Source: Alphaproteobacteria bacterium | Lineage (GTDB): Bacteria > Pseudomonadota > Alphaproteobacteria > Micavibrionales > Micavibrionaceae | DNA: 64,000 bases | Reading direction: 5' to 3' | NCBI GenBank assembly: GCA_023384135.1 | Contig: JAHDXS010000001.1 | Coordinates: forward strand, 965,878-1,029,877 | Part shown: positions 10,456 to 19,695 of the stretch, piece after piece | How the letters are laid out: each line of letters starts with the position of its first letter | Numbering within the stretch: position 1 is the first letter of the stretch | Made by a program: the position numbers and the translations under genes | Notes under the pieces: model-generated | The model's database searches: none | Seen by the model: the letters and a program-made list of their open reading frames with translations, nothing else | Told to the model about the DNA's origin: nothing

Positions 10456-10787
10456 TCTGACTGTCCTTGCTTTTGCCTGTCTTAGTCCCGATGGAAGCGA
10501 AGATCAAGGCTTTCCTGCATATTTTGCTGATAAACAGCTTAACATGCGCCCTGTGCGCCCTCTATGCCGAATAAAGGATTATCACCATCCTATCCTTGAC
10601 CTTTGTCATGTCAGTCAGAAAATCAAGCGTTTCCGGGCCGCAGCGATCAACAGGACAAAGCTGGTCCTGAATGCCGGCGTAGGCCCGCCCAGCCGAATCA
10701 AAGAGCCGAATCAAAGAAGGGCCGGACGAATCCGGCCCTTCCGGTGGTAAGGCCGCCGGCCGTGTGGGGAGGCCGGCGGACGCAAAA

Positions 10788-12233
10788 CTAGTCCTTGCCC
10801 CACATATCGTCGTACCAAGGCTTGGGGCCGGGTCCCGGAACGGGAATCGGCTCGGGCTCCGGTCTGGGCATCGGTCCGGGCTCAGGCCTCTGCCCGTTAT
10901 ATTTCATCTTCCGGCGAATATCGTTGATATCCCAGCCCGTCAGCGAAGCCAGCGTCTTCGCCTCCTGCTCGAAACGGGGCGGAAGGCTCCGCAGATACTC
11001 CTGCCCCGCCGCACAGTTCACTGAACCGGTCCACGGATGCTGCAAAACGTAGCGTCCCTGGAAATTTTCGCGGTCGCCCGTTTCCTTCAGAACAATATCC
11101 TCTGGAAAACGCTCCGCATCGTAGCGAACGTGCATCCGCGTGATATAAACGTTTGGCGCCTGCTGCGGCGGCATGACCCCCCGGTTCTGCCAGTTTGAGG
11201 TAACCGGCATGTTCAGCCACCACGCCCCGAGGGTCAAAAGATCGTCGTTGGGGATCGGGTCGGCGGCGCACGGATCGCACCAGCCCATATCCCATGCATA
11301 TTCGAGGAACACGGCCTTCATGTTTTCCTTCTGCACCGCCTGATCGAACATCGCCTTGTAGAATTCCCCGAACTCCTGACCGTCGCGGATAAAGGTGGGC
11401 AAATTCATGTCGGTCGGAATTTTAACCGTGCGGTAATTCGCGGCCTCCACCCGCCCATGGCGGGTCAGGGTGAACAACAGCAAATCCTGAGGCCCGTCAG
11501 CGTTCAGCGTACCCAGACGGATCGGCAGCATGAATTTTGGCGACTCAAACGCGATCTGCAGCGGGCGCAGATAGGTATAACCCGTCCCCTTCTGCTCTTC
11601 CAGATTCACCTTAGCCAGAAAGAATTTGAGGTTCTGCTTGATATAACTGCCCAGAATCCGGTCCGCCCCGCGCGGCAATTTATAACCTTCCTGATTCAGA
11701 TAGGTCAGAAGCCCCGAGCTTTCCTTGGCGGAAAGGATGACGATATCGTACTCGCCCACCGTATATTCCGCCTCGATCGTCACGCCCAGCGTCCTTGCGG
11801 ATTGCTTGGCCTCGGAAGCGGGCGCGCCGCCCGCCTTATCCATCGCGCTCATCGCCATCATTTCGCGCATAACGGGCTGGCACGGGTCGGAATCGTAATA
11901 CTCAACAAGGCGCGGCGCAGTATAGGCGTCCACATGGTCCACAAGCCGCGAGTCCGCGACGTTGATCTGGTTTTCCCGCAACACTTCGGGCACCGGAACC
12001 ACGATGGCGAATTCGTTCAGATCGCCCTGATAGTCGTTGGCCATCGTGATGACGGTGCGGTTCTCGGCATGCGAAAGCACGACCTTGGACGCCTTGTTGA
12101 ACAGGCTCGAATCCGCCTTGGAGACATAAAACCCGCAAAACGCCTGCGCCGGACCGGATGAAAACCCGGCCCCGAGAACCGACAGCGCCATAAAGGCCCG
12201 TCCGAAAATTTTCAGGGTGTTGAATTGACGCAT
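10788..12233 (-). CDS. DUF2330-like secreted protein with Pro-rich C-terminus
   Basis: Signal peptide, FCGFYVSKADSSLFNKASKVVL near the N-terminus, C-terminal PEPGPMPRPEPEPIPVPGPGPKP. Confidence 0.55.
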   Translation of the reverse strand: MRQFNTLKIFGRAFMALSVLGAGFSSGPAQAFCGFYVSKADSSLFNKASKVVLSHAENRTVITMANDYQGDLNEFAIVVPVPEVLRENQINVADSRLVDHVDAYTAPRLVEYYDSDPCQPVMREMMAMSAMDKAGGAPASEAKQSARTLGVTIEAEYTVGEYDIVILSAKESSGLLTYLNQEGYKLPRGADRILGSYIKQNLKFFLAKVNLEEQKGTGYTYLRPLQIAFESPKFMLPIRLGTLNADGPQDLLLFTLTRHGRVEAANYRTVKIPTDMNLPTFIRDGQEFGEFYKAMFDQAVQKENMKAVFLEYAWDMGWCDPCAADPIPNDDLLTLGAWWLNMPVTSNWQNRGVMPPQQAPNVYITRMHVRYDAERFPEDIVLKETGDRENFQGRYVLQHPWTGSVNCAAGQEYLRSLPPRFEQEAKTLASLTGWDINDIRRKMKYNGQRPEPGPMPRPEPEPIPVPGPGPKPWYDDMWGKD

Positions 12234-13084
12234 GGCAGTGTCTCCTTGTGCTTGAATTTTTGAATACGGTCACCCCAGTTATATCCTTGCGCGGGCAGCA
12301 GGATGTCGATCAGCGGCGTGAAGGCGCTGACCAGCGCCAGCGAAATCAGCAGACCGTCGGTGCGGAACATCTTGAACTGGATATAATAGGCGACCAAAGC
12401 CACCAGCAGCCCGAAAATCACCCGCCCGATAAAGCGGTTGGGAATGGTCTTGGGGTCGGAAATCATAAAGAAACAAAAGATCAGCAGCGCCCCGCTCTGC
12501 AACTGGTGGAGGGGAATCTCCAGCGGATCGCCCAGCCACAGCGCCCGCCCGAACAGAACGCCCGCCCACATGACAAGGAACATCGGCCCCATGTCGCGCC
12601 GGGGAATCTGGTACAAAACCAGCAATCCGCAACAACTGAGCAAAAACACCAGCCACGCCGCCTGCCCCCACTGCCCCGGCGAAACCCAGACGTCGTGCGG
12701 CGCAAGGAACAGCAGAACGACGATTCCGATATTGGTCGGGTTGAACACATGCTTGCCCCGGAACCGGATCACGAACTTGCTGCCCACCGTAAGCAAGGCC
12801 GCCAGCGGATAGAACAGCACCGAGGACGCCTTGAGCAGGATGCACAGCGACAGGCCGCTAATCAGAGCGCTGCGCAGATCGAGCCGCACACGCCATAAAC
12901 CGGAAAACACGAATTGAAACAGCAAACACCCGCCCACCGCCAGAAGCACGATCAGCCCGGTCGGCCCGAAATCGGCCCAGAAAACCTGCAACGCGACAAG
13001 GCACGAAAGCGTTGAAATCTGGAAATGCCGTGGGTCGCTGATAAATGTCTTAAAAATAGAGGACGCACTCATTAGAAGCCTCAT
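12212..13084 (-). CDS. NqrB/RnfD-family-like polytopic membrane protein
   Basis: About 8 TM helices. HVFNPTN and FFMISDPKT motifs resemble NQR2_RnfD_RnfE. Overlaps the downstream DUF2330 gene by 22 nt. Confidence 0.5.
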   Translation of the reverse strand: MRLLMSASSIFKTFISDPRHFQISTLSCLVALQVFWADFGPTGLIVLLAVGGCLLFQFVFSGLWRVRLDLRSALISGLSLCILLKASSVLFYPLAALLTVGSKFVIRFRGKHVFNPTNIGIVVLLFLAPHDVWVSPGQWGQAAWLVFLLSCCGLLVLYQIPRRDMGPMFLVMWAGVLFGRALWLGDPLEIPLHQLQSGALLIFCFFMISDPKTIPNRFIGRVIFGLLVALVAYYIQFKMFRTDGLLISLALVSAFTPLIDILLPAQGYNWGDRIQKFKHKETLPCVNSTP

Positions 13085-13164
13085 AAAAATCTGCGTTCGA
13101 AATATGGGACGCCGCGAACAATCAAAACCTTGGAAAAAAATTTAAAAATTCAGCCGTAAAAAAA

Positions 13165-13788
13165 TCAGTCGTCGGAACCGGCGCCACCGCGCCGCCCCTT
13201 GAGCGTGTTCACCGCCGCCTCGGCGCGGCCCAGCGCCTTATCCAGCGCCGCCATGGTTTTCGGCAGATCCGGGCTTTCATCCTCGGCCCACACACTGAGA
13301 ACCTTGAGATAGATCCCACTCAGCCCGGCCACCTTTGCCGCGCCGCTTAAACCCGCCGTGTCCGCCCCGGCGGCTTCGAGCATCCAACTCATCGAACGGC
13401 AGATATGCGGCATGCAGATCACAGCCTGCTTCGGATCAAGCCGGAAGCTTCGCAAAACCGACTTCACCCCCTCGCGGTAGGCGTTCAGCGCCTCGAAACG
13501 GTCCATCAGCAGATCGAACAACCGCTCGCGCATACTGCTCCCGTCCTCGGAATCGACGGAAACACCCGCAAGAACCTTGCGGTCCATGATCCGCCCCAAC
13601 GCCGCGATGATGTCCCCCCGGTCCTCGAAATGCGTCCGTATGTCCTCCAGAGAAACCCCGGAACGGGCCGAAATTTCGCGCAAAGTGACCTCTTCCCAAG
13701 GCTTCTCGGCGGCCAGTTCAAGCGCAGTTTCGACTACGACGAGGCGGATATCCGGCGTTCCGGCACTTTTTTTACGGGTTTTTGCGGC
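13165..13788 (-). CDS. TetR/AcrR-family transcriptional regulator (GTG start; the long upstream ORF is antisense artefact)
   Basis: HTH LREISARSGVSLEDIRTHF. The rest of the 532 aa ORF lies antisense to the adenosine kinase gene. Confidence 0.7.
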   Translation of the reverse strand, partial: AAKTRKKSAGTPDIRLVVVETALELAAEKPWEEVTLREISARSGVSLEDIRTHFEDRGDIIAALGRIMDRKVLAGVSVDSEDGSSMRERLFDLLMDRFEALNAYREGVKSVLRSFRLDPKQAVICMPHICRSMSWMLEAAGADTAGLSGAAKVAGLSGIYLKVLSVWAEDESPDLPKTMAALDKALGRAEAAVNTLKGRRGGAGSDD

Positions 13789-13878
13789 CACGGAATTGCC
13801 CTTTCCTGTGCTTTTCCTGTAGAGAGATAGGAAGATAAAACAATATTTTTCGAAAACGCACAAGGAACGGAAAAAACG

Positions 13879-14874
13879 ATGTCTGAAGCAACTCTCGATC
13901 TGGTCGCCGTCGGCAACGCTCTGGTGGATGTTCTCTCCCGGGTGGACGACGCCTTTCTCGACGATCAATGCGCCAAATACGGCATGCAGCGCGACGCCAT
14001 GACCCTGATCGACGAAAAACGCGCGGTCGAGCTTTACCTCCAGATGCCCGAGAAAATCGAAACCTCCGGCGGCTCGGCAGCCAACACGATGGCGGGCTTC
14101 GCCTCCTTCGGCGGCAAGGGCGCCTTCATCGGCAAGGTCGCCGACGACGCGTTGGGCAAGACGTTTAAAACAGATATGAAAAAAATCGGCGTTCACCACA
14201 CCACCCAGCCCCTGATCGCCGGGCCGCCCACGGGCCGCTGCATGATCCTCGTCTCCCCCGACGGGCACCGCACGATGAACACCTTTCTGGGCGCCAGCGT
14301 TGAACTTAGCCCCACGGATATCGACCGAAACCTCATTACAAGCGCCAAGATCACCTACCTTGAGGGCTACCTGTTCGACCGTGAACTGGCCAAAAAGGCC
14401 TTCATAACCGCCGCTGAATACGCTCACGAGGCTGGGCACCGCGTGGCGCTTACCCTCTCCGACCCCTTCTGTGTCGATCGCCACCGCCACGACTTCCTGA
14501 CCCTCGTGCAAAACCATGTGGACATCCTCTTCGCGAACGAGGAGGAGATCAAATCCCTCTACCTTCAGGACAACTTCGAGGACGCCAAAAGCGCCGTCGG
14601 CGACCATTGCGAGATCGCCGTCCTGACCCGCAGCGAAAAGGGCGCGGTCATCGTGTCCAAAGGCAAGGAATTCGCGATCCCCGCCGCCCCGGTCAAACAG
14701 GTCGTGGACACCACGGGCGCAGGCGACCAGTTCGCCGCCGGCTTCCTTTTCGGCTTCACGCACGGCCGCTCACTTGAGGAAAGCGCCAAGCTCGGCGCAC
14801 TAGCCGCCGCGGAAGTGATCAGCCACATCGGTCCCCGCCCGCAAATCAGCCTGCGGAGCCTGATGGCCGCATGA
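13879..14874 (+). CDS. adenosine kinase / PfkB-family carbohydrate kinase
   Basis: AVGNALVDV, TSGGSAANT, DTTGAGDQFAAGFL (PfkB signature 2). Confidence 0.85.
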   Translation: MSEATLDLVAVGNALVDVLSRVDDAFLDDQCAKYGMQRDAMTLIDEKRAVELYLQMPEKIETSGGSAANTMAGFASFGGKGAFIGKVADDALGKTFKTDMKKIGVHHTTQPLIAGPPTGRCMILVSPDGHRTMNTFLGASVELSPTDIDRNLITSAKITYLEGYLFDRELAKKAFITAAEYAHEAGHRVALTLSDPFCVDRHRHDFLTLVQNHVDILFANEEEIKSLYLQDNFEDAKSAVGDHCEIAVLTRSEKGAVIVSKGKEFAIPAAPVKQVVDTTGAGDQFAAGFLFGFTHGRSLEESAKLGALAAAEVISHIGPRPQISLRSLMAA

Positions 14875-15656
14875 GCATGACCGCCGGAAAGCCCGAACCC
14901 GATGACGAGCCGGAAAAAACCCCGGCCCATGAGGCCTACCGCTCCGATATCCCGGCGGAGGCAAAGGAAAACGTCGTCTCCTTCTACACCGAAGACGAAA
15001 ACGCACGTCAGCAGGGCGGCAATATCCATTACGAACGCCGTGAATATATTCTGGACGGGGAGCTGGTGGGATACCGCCAGTTCGACCATGACGGCCGACT
15101 GATCATCGAAACCCCGATGAAGGACATGCGCAAGCACGGCACGGAATATACATGGTACTGGTACGCCCCCGACCGCCTCAGCCTTTCCGAACCTTACCAA
15201 AACGGCAAGGTCCACGGCACAGCAAAGCAATGGACCGTAGACGGCGACCTCATGGGCAGCTATACGCTCGAAGACGGCACGGGCCGAGATATATGGCGCA
15301 AGCAGGACGAGGAGGACGGCGTGGTTTATGTGGCCGAAATCCACTCTCTTTCACAGGGAAAACTCCACGGCTTTCAATGGTGGCTCAACAAGGATCAAAA
15401 GACGATTATCGGCGAACGCAGCTGGAAAGATGGATTTCTGCATGGAATCGAACGCCACTGGACCGAGGACGGCCATCTGGCCGAGGGTTACCCAAAATTC
15501 TACATAGACGACCGCGAAGTGCCCAAAAACCTCTATATGCAGGAACAGCGCACCGACCCCGACCTGCCACCCTACGATCCCCGCGAAGATGCTAACTTGC
15601 GAGACTTTCCCGAAGGGCTGTTACAGGACAAGCAACAGGACATATCTCAATCTTAA
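14871..15656 (+). CDS. MORN-variant repeat protein (YwqK-like)
   Basis: Repeated GK/DGxxHGxxxxWxxDGxL units. ATGA overlap with the kinase stop. Confidence 0.6.
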   Translation: MSMTAGKPEPDDEPEKTPAHEAYRSDIPAEAKENVVSFYTEDENARQQGGNIHYERREYILDGELVGYRQFDHDGRLIIETPMKDMRKHGTEYTWYWYAPDRLSLSEPYQNGKVHGTAKQWTVDGDLMGSYTLEDGTGRDIWRKQDEEDGVVYVAEIHSLSQGKLHGFQWWLNKDQKTIIGERSWKDGFLHGIERHWTEDGHLAEGYPKFYIDDREVPKNLYMQEQRTDPDLPPYDPREDANLRDFPEGLLQDKQQDISQS

Positions 15657-16129
15657 CGACCGAGCGCCTCAAGCGCCCTGTCCCGGATGGCGTGCGCCTG
15701 ATCCCACTCGGGGTTCAGTTCGATCGCGCGTGTGGCATGCTCTAGGGCACTTTCGACATTCACATTCATTTCCGCCGCGGCCATCATGGTCAGTGTGCCA
15801 AAATCTTCTTCAAGCTCAAGCGACCGCGCAAACTGCTTTATGGCCGACTCAAACCGGCCATTCTGAAAATAAAGATAACCCAATAATTTCCGCACGACCG
15901 CCTGCTTGGGATTAAGCCTTATGCTCTCAAGAAATAAGCGCTCCGACTCTTCAAATCTCTCAGGACTGGCATAAATAAAACTGGCCTTTGTGGCCCAGAG
16001 ATACCAGTGCTCGCGATTTTCCATGATCGCGCGATCAATCATCTTCAAAGCCAGCGTAAGATTACCCTCTTGCTTGGCCTTGAGCGCAAGCTCAAGAAGC
16101 TCGACCGGCTTGGTATTATCATCAGCCAT
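15653..16129 (-). CDS. tetratricopeptide repeat protein
   Basis: About 3-4 TPR units (ALKMIDRAI..., AVVRKLLGYLYFQNGRFESAIKQF..., LEHATRAIELNP). Confidence 0.65.
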   Translation of the reverse strand: MADDNTKPVELLELALKAKQEGNLTLALKMIDRAIMENREHWYLWATKASFIYASPERFEESERLFLESIRLNPKQAVVRKLLGYLYFQNGRFESAIKQFARSLELEEDFGTLTMMAAAEMNVNVESALEHATRAIELNPEWDQAHAIRDRALEALGR

Positions 16130-16216
16130 GTAGTAAAAATCCTTTCAGAAAGCAAAAAAAGACACCCTTGCGCCCCCCGCAAAGGCAATGATCGATCACA
16201 TCAATGACCGCAAAAA

Positions 16217-17590
16217 CTAAGCCACGCCATAAGAAGAAACGCTGGGCGAGGATCTCTGGAACTGACGTTCAAGGTTTACACCCGACTCCTGCTCCAGCGC
16301 AATACGTTGAAGCGCGAGATCGTTGTCGGCATGGCTGGCAAAAAACGCTGAGGCGCTAACGCCGCCAATTTTAATTGACGCCTGATCGCCATCGGCCAAA
16401 GCCACCACGGCGGCTCCGCCGCGAATAGAGCTGACATCCATATCCGCATGGGCGCTGGGCATAGAAACGGAAGCGCTGGCGACCTGAACCGGGGCGACCT
16501 GAACAGGAGCGGCCTCCTCGGGCGCAACCTCGGCGCTCGCCGTTTGCACGGGCGCGGCATCCGGTCCCGCCGCGCGAAGCACGGGGGAAGACTCCTCAAG
16601 GGCGCCGTGACGATCATTCCCTTCGAAGCGGCGTTGCTGCTCAAGCTCGCGCTCCACCCGGCGATCGGTGATCTGGCGCTGCACTGCGCCGGAGAACGCC
16701 TCGATGGATTCTTTCACATGCGGGTTGGCATGGCCATCGAACGCGCCGTTGCCGATAAGGCGTTTAAGATGGCCGTTGAATTCCTCGGGCCGGTCATCAA
16801 GCATCCGCCCCGCATCGGCGGCGGAAATGCCCTGATCGGCGGCAACTTTGTTGATCATCTCCGCCCGGAACGTGCGCGAGGCGTCGATATGCGCCTGCGT
16901 CGCGGGTCCGGGCCTGTCGATCAAAATGGCCGTAGCATGTTCGGGATCGCCCGCAGCGCCAAGCGCCCGGAAATCGATCATGGCCTGCGCCATATCGTTC
17001 AGCCCGTTATTGCGCGCCCAGTTGATTGCGGCGCGGTCGGCCTCGACCTCGCGCCCCAGCACAGCCACCTCTATCTGACTGGCGGTCATCCCCGCCGTGT
17101 TCAACGGCGGCTGGTTACAGTGAACCCCCTCATGGATACCGATAATGCGGTCCCAATGATCGTCCCACCCGGGAATCTCCCTGATCCGGCTCAGATCCTG
17201 GGCTGACAGCAAGGGCATAAGCTCGTTCTTGTGATTCAGACGACTTCCGGGTTCGTTAACGATGCAAATGGGCGCGGGGGCAGCCGTTGATCCTGTCGGC
17301 GGCACGATTTCGCCGCGCACGGCAAACGGCCCAAGACTGAGGGATTGAGCAACCGCGGATCTCATATCCGAATCCGACATGCCCCTCGTCATTCCGGGCA
17401 GCTGCTCTTCGAGCATCTCGCGCATCTTCCTGGCATCATCCGCATGAACCGTACCGGTTCTGTCAAAATGCCCACGGTCGAATTTATCAGGATCGATGAA
17501 CACAACCGGAACGCCCGAAGTCTCGCGGACGCCCTCTTTATAGTCGTCTACGAACAGACTTCTGAGATCGGACCAAAACCCTCTAGCCAT
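16217..17590 (-). CDS. hypothetical protein with HExxH motif and Ala/Pro/Val-rich linker
   Basis: 457 aa. IIGIHEGVHCNQ. Repetitive APVQTASAEVAPEEAAPVQVAPVQVASASV. Confidence 0.55.
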   Translation of the reverse strand: MARGFWSDLRSLFVDDYKEGVRETSGVPVVFIDPDKFDRGHFDRTGTVHADDARKMREMLEEQLPGMTRGMSDSDMRSAVAQSLSLGPFAVRGEIVPPTGSTAAPAPICIVNEPGSRLNHKNELMPLLSAQDLSRIREIPGWDDHWDRIIGIHEGVHCNQPPLNTAGMTASQIEVAVLGREVEADRAAINWARNNGLNDMAQAMIDFRALGAAGDPEHATAILIDRPGPATQAHIDASRTFRAEMINKVAADQGISAADAGRMLDDRPEEFNGHLKRLIGNGAFDGHANPHVKESIEAFSGAVQRQITDRRVERELEQQRRFEGNDRHGALEESSPVLRAAGPDAAPVQTASAEVAPEEAAPVQVAPVQVASASVSMPSAHADMDVSSIRGGAAVVALADGDQASIKIGGVSASAFFASHADNDLALQRIALEQESGVNLERQFQRSSPSVSSYGVA

Positions 17591-17617
17591 GACGCTCCGC
17601 CTCGCCCCGCACGCTGA

Positions 17618-18058
17618 TTATAATTCCGGACCGGCCGGAGGAGGTTCCGGATCGTCCTTCTTGATTTTGACTTCCGGCACGATCACCTGCGCGGGGATTC
17701 GAAGCCCCCCCGCCGCACCCGGCTCACGCGAAATCACGGTCCTGTCCGTGCCGGCCTGCGGCTCGACCTTCAGGGCCTCACTCGCATCTTTCGGTTTATC
17801 GTTAGGTTTCTTGCCCCTGGCATCGTCGGGCTTGACGGTGGGCGTCACCGTTTGCGCGGGAATAGCTAGACCGCCCTCGGCTCCCGGCGTACGCTCAATC
17901 GTGACGGAACGCCCGTCTTGTTGCTGGGTCACTGTAAGGGGCTGCCCGCCCTGCCCGTCCGCGCGGGTCTCGCCCTGCTGATCAGTCGCCGCACACCCCC
18001 CAAGGGCGATTAACGACGCCAACGCGGCGGCACTCATAAAATTTGTCTTTTTGCTCAT
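17618..18058 (-). CDS. lipoprotein with two ~30 aa internal repeats
   Basis: Lipobox LIALGGC. Repeats RTPGAEGGLAIPAQTVTPTVKPDD and REPGAAGGLRIPAQVIVPEVKIKKDD. Confidence 0.65.
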   Translation of the reverse strand: MSKKTNFMSAAALASLIALGGCAATDQQGETRADGQGGQPLTVTQQQDGRSVTIERTPGAEGGLAIPAQTVTPTVKPDDARGKKPNDKPKDASEALKVEPQAGTDRTVISREPGAAGGLRIPAQVIVPEVKIKKDDPEPPPAGPEL

Positions 18059-18570
18059 GGCAAAACCCGTCTGTATTTTATGCCCCTATTATAGGCCGAT
18101 AAGCATGGTTTAAGCAAAAAAATAAAGAGGCGATTCCCGGCCAGAAATACAAAAACCGCGATCCGCAAAGCACAAAAAAAGAGACCCCGGCGTAGAACAC
18201 TGGGGCCTTTGAGGTTGGGGTGATAAGCTAACGAAACTACCAGATAATTTCGTTAGCAGCGGGTTGACTTTATCTACCGTATCCGGATCCTCTTTGTCCA
18301 TTGTTATTTTTATGGACCCGAACTGTAATTCTTTGTTTTTTGCGCATAGACGCGACTTGCACATACAGGGCAACAGATGCAGCCAAGATAGCAGTCGCGA
18401 TGAACATTTAAAACCCTTTCGACTCGGCCCCTTTAGCAGGAGCGCTTGTTCTTGTCTTTACTAAACACAGTGTAACAGCATCGCTTCCAACCTGTCAAAA
18501 TTTTAAATTATTTTTAGAAAACATTTTTGGCTTGACACAAAGCCTCAAAAACAACGGCAGAATCAGCCTC

Positions 18571-19416
18571 TTACGACCCGCAAGCCGCATAGAACGCCAC
18601 CGCCGCCGCGTTGGAAACATTAAGGCTTTGGATCGGTCCGGGCGCCGGAAGACGGGCCAGAACGTCGCAATTTTCCCGAATCAGGCGGCGAATCCCTTCC
18701 CCTTCCGACCCCAGAACCAGAACGATTCTCGCGGAATCGCCCGTATGGGGGGCCAAAGCCTCGCCCACCGTGCGCTCCCCGCGCTCGTCCAGCCCGATGA
18801 CGAAGAACCCGGCCTCCTTAAGCTCGTCCAGCGCACGGGTAAGGTTCGTGGCGTCCACAAGCGGCACATGCTCCGCCGCGCCGCTGGCCGTCTTGGCCGC
18901 CACGCCGTCCAACTCCGCCCCGTGCTTTTTCTGCTGAATCACGCCGTGCAGCCCGAAAACGCAGGCGCTGCGCAAAATCGCGCCCAGATTATGCGGGTCC
19001 GTCACCTGGTCCAGCATGGCCAGAACCGTCCGCCCCCGCCCCTGCGCGGCGATGATGAGGTCCGTAAGGTCCCGCTCGGGCAGAGGCTGGGCGCAAAGCG
19101 CCACGCCCTGATGCACCGCCCCGGGGGACAGCAGCCTCTCCAGGCGGGCCTTGTCGATGATCTCCGGCCCCGGGCGACGCAGACCAAGGCTCCGCCCCTC
19201 CTGCACCGTCTCCTCGAAGCCCTTCACGGCCTGTTCGGTCAGGTAAAGCGCCTCGATCACCCGCTCGGGGTTCAGCCACGCCGCCCGCGCGGCGTGAAAA
19301 CCGTAAAGCGTAGGCCGCTTATAGGCCTTCTGCGGCCCCGGCTCGTGCGCCTGATCGGGCTTGCGGGCGGGTTTGTGCGGGCCCTTTTTATGGCCCTTAT
19401 GCAGGCGGTGTTTCAT
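18571..19416 (-). CDS. rlmB: 23S rRNA (guanosine-2'-O)-methyltransferase RlmB (SpoU/TrmH family)
   Basis: SPOUT motifs LDQVTDPHNLGAILRSA, VLVLGSEGEGIR, SLNVSNAAAVAFY. Start chosen at MKHRLHKG; the basic N-terminal tail is uncertain. Confidence 0.8.
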   Translation of the reverse strand: MKHRLHKGHKKGPHKPARKPDQAHEPGPQKAYKRPTLYGFHAARAAWLNPERVIEALYLTEQAVKGFEETVQEGRSLGLRRPGPEIIDKARLERLLSPGAVHQGVALCAQPLPERDLTDLIIAAQGRGRTVLAMLDQVTDPHNLGAILRSACVFGLHGVIQQKKHGAELDGVAAKTASGAAEHVPLVDATNLTRALDELKEAGFFVIGLDERGERTVGEALAPHTGDSARIVLVLGSEGEGIRRLIRENCDVLARLPAPGPIQSLNVSNAAAVAFYAACGS

Positions 19417-19537
19417 GCGCTTGACCCCAATTCTTTTTGCCTTGAGACATTTGCACACTTGACATCAAATGCAAAATCTCTTTTCTTCAGGGACGCTAAT
19501 TTTACGGGCGGGCTCTGGCCCCGGTCGTTTCAAGAGT

Positions 19538-19623
19538 GGAAGGGTGGCCGAGTGGCTAAAGGCAGCAGACTGTAAATCTGCCCTCTCCGGAGTACGTAGG
19601 TTCGAATCCTACCCCTTCCACCA
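19538..19623 (+). tRNA. tRNA-Tyr (anticodon GTA), type II with long variable arm, CCA encoded
   Basis: GGAAGGG acceptor stem pairs with CCCTTCC. Anticodon loop cuGUAaa. GGTTCGAATCC T-arm. Confidence 0.9.
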
Positions 19624-19695
19624 TTTTGAAAACCTGATATTCTCCCAAAACAACTCACGATTAGTACTCATGATCAACCTAAGTTTGGTTAAATT

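Noticed and set aside
10693-10720. Tandem direct repeat GCCGAATCAAAGA x2 and GC-rich hairpins downstream of the DUF2330 gene
   Set aside because: Short, only two copies, no spacer structure. It is likely a simple slippage duplication or REP-like hairpin and not a CRISPR or regulatory array.
13789-14763. N-terminal two-thirds of the 532 aa minus-strand ORF
   Set aside because: Runs antisense to the well-supported adenosine kinase gene and is G/A/R-rich, the typical high-GC antisense artefact. Only the C-terminal TetR portion (GTG at 13788) is real.
18330-18400. Possible SRP (4.5S) RNA because of a GCAGCCAAG motif
   Set aside because: It lacks the conserved GGAAGGAAGCAGC domain-IV core and GNRA tetraloop. 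It is kept only as part of the generic candidate-sRNA note.
18532-19575. 347 aa plus-strand ORF
   Set aside because: Antisense to rlmB and reads through the tRNA-Tyr locus. R/P/G-rich.
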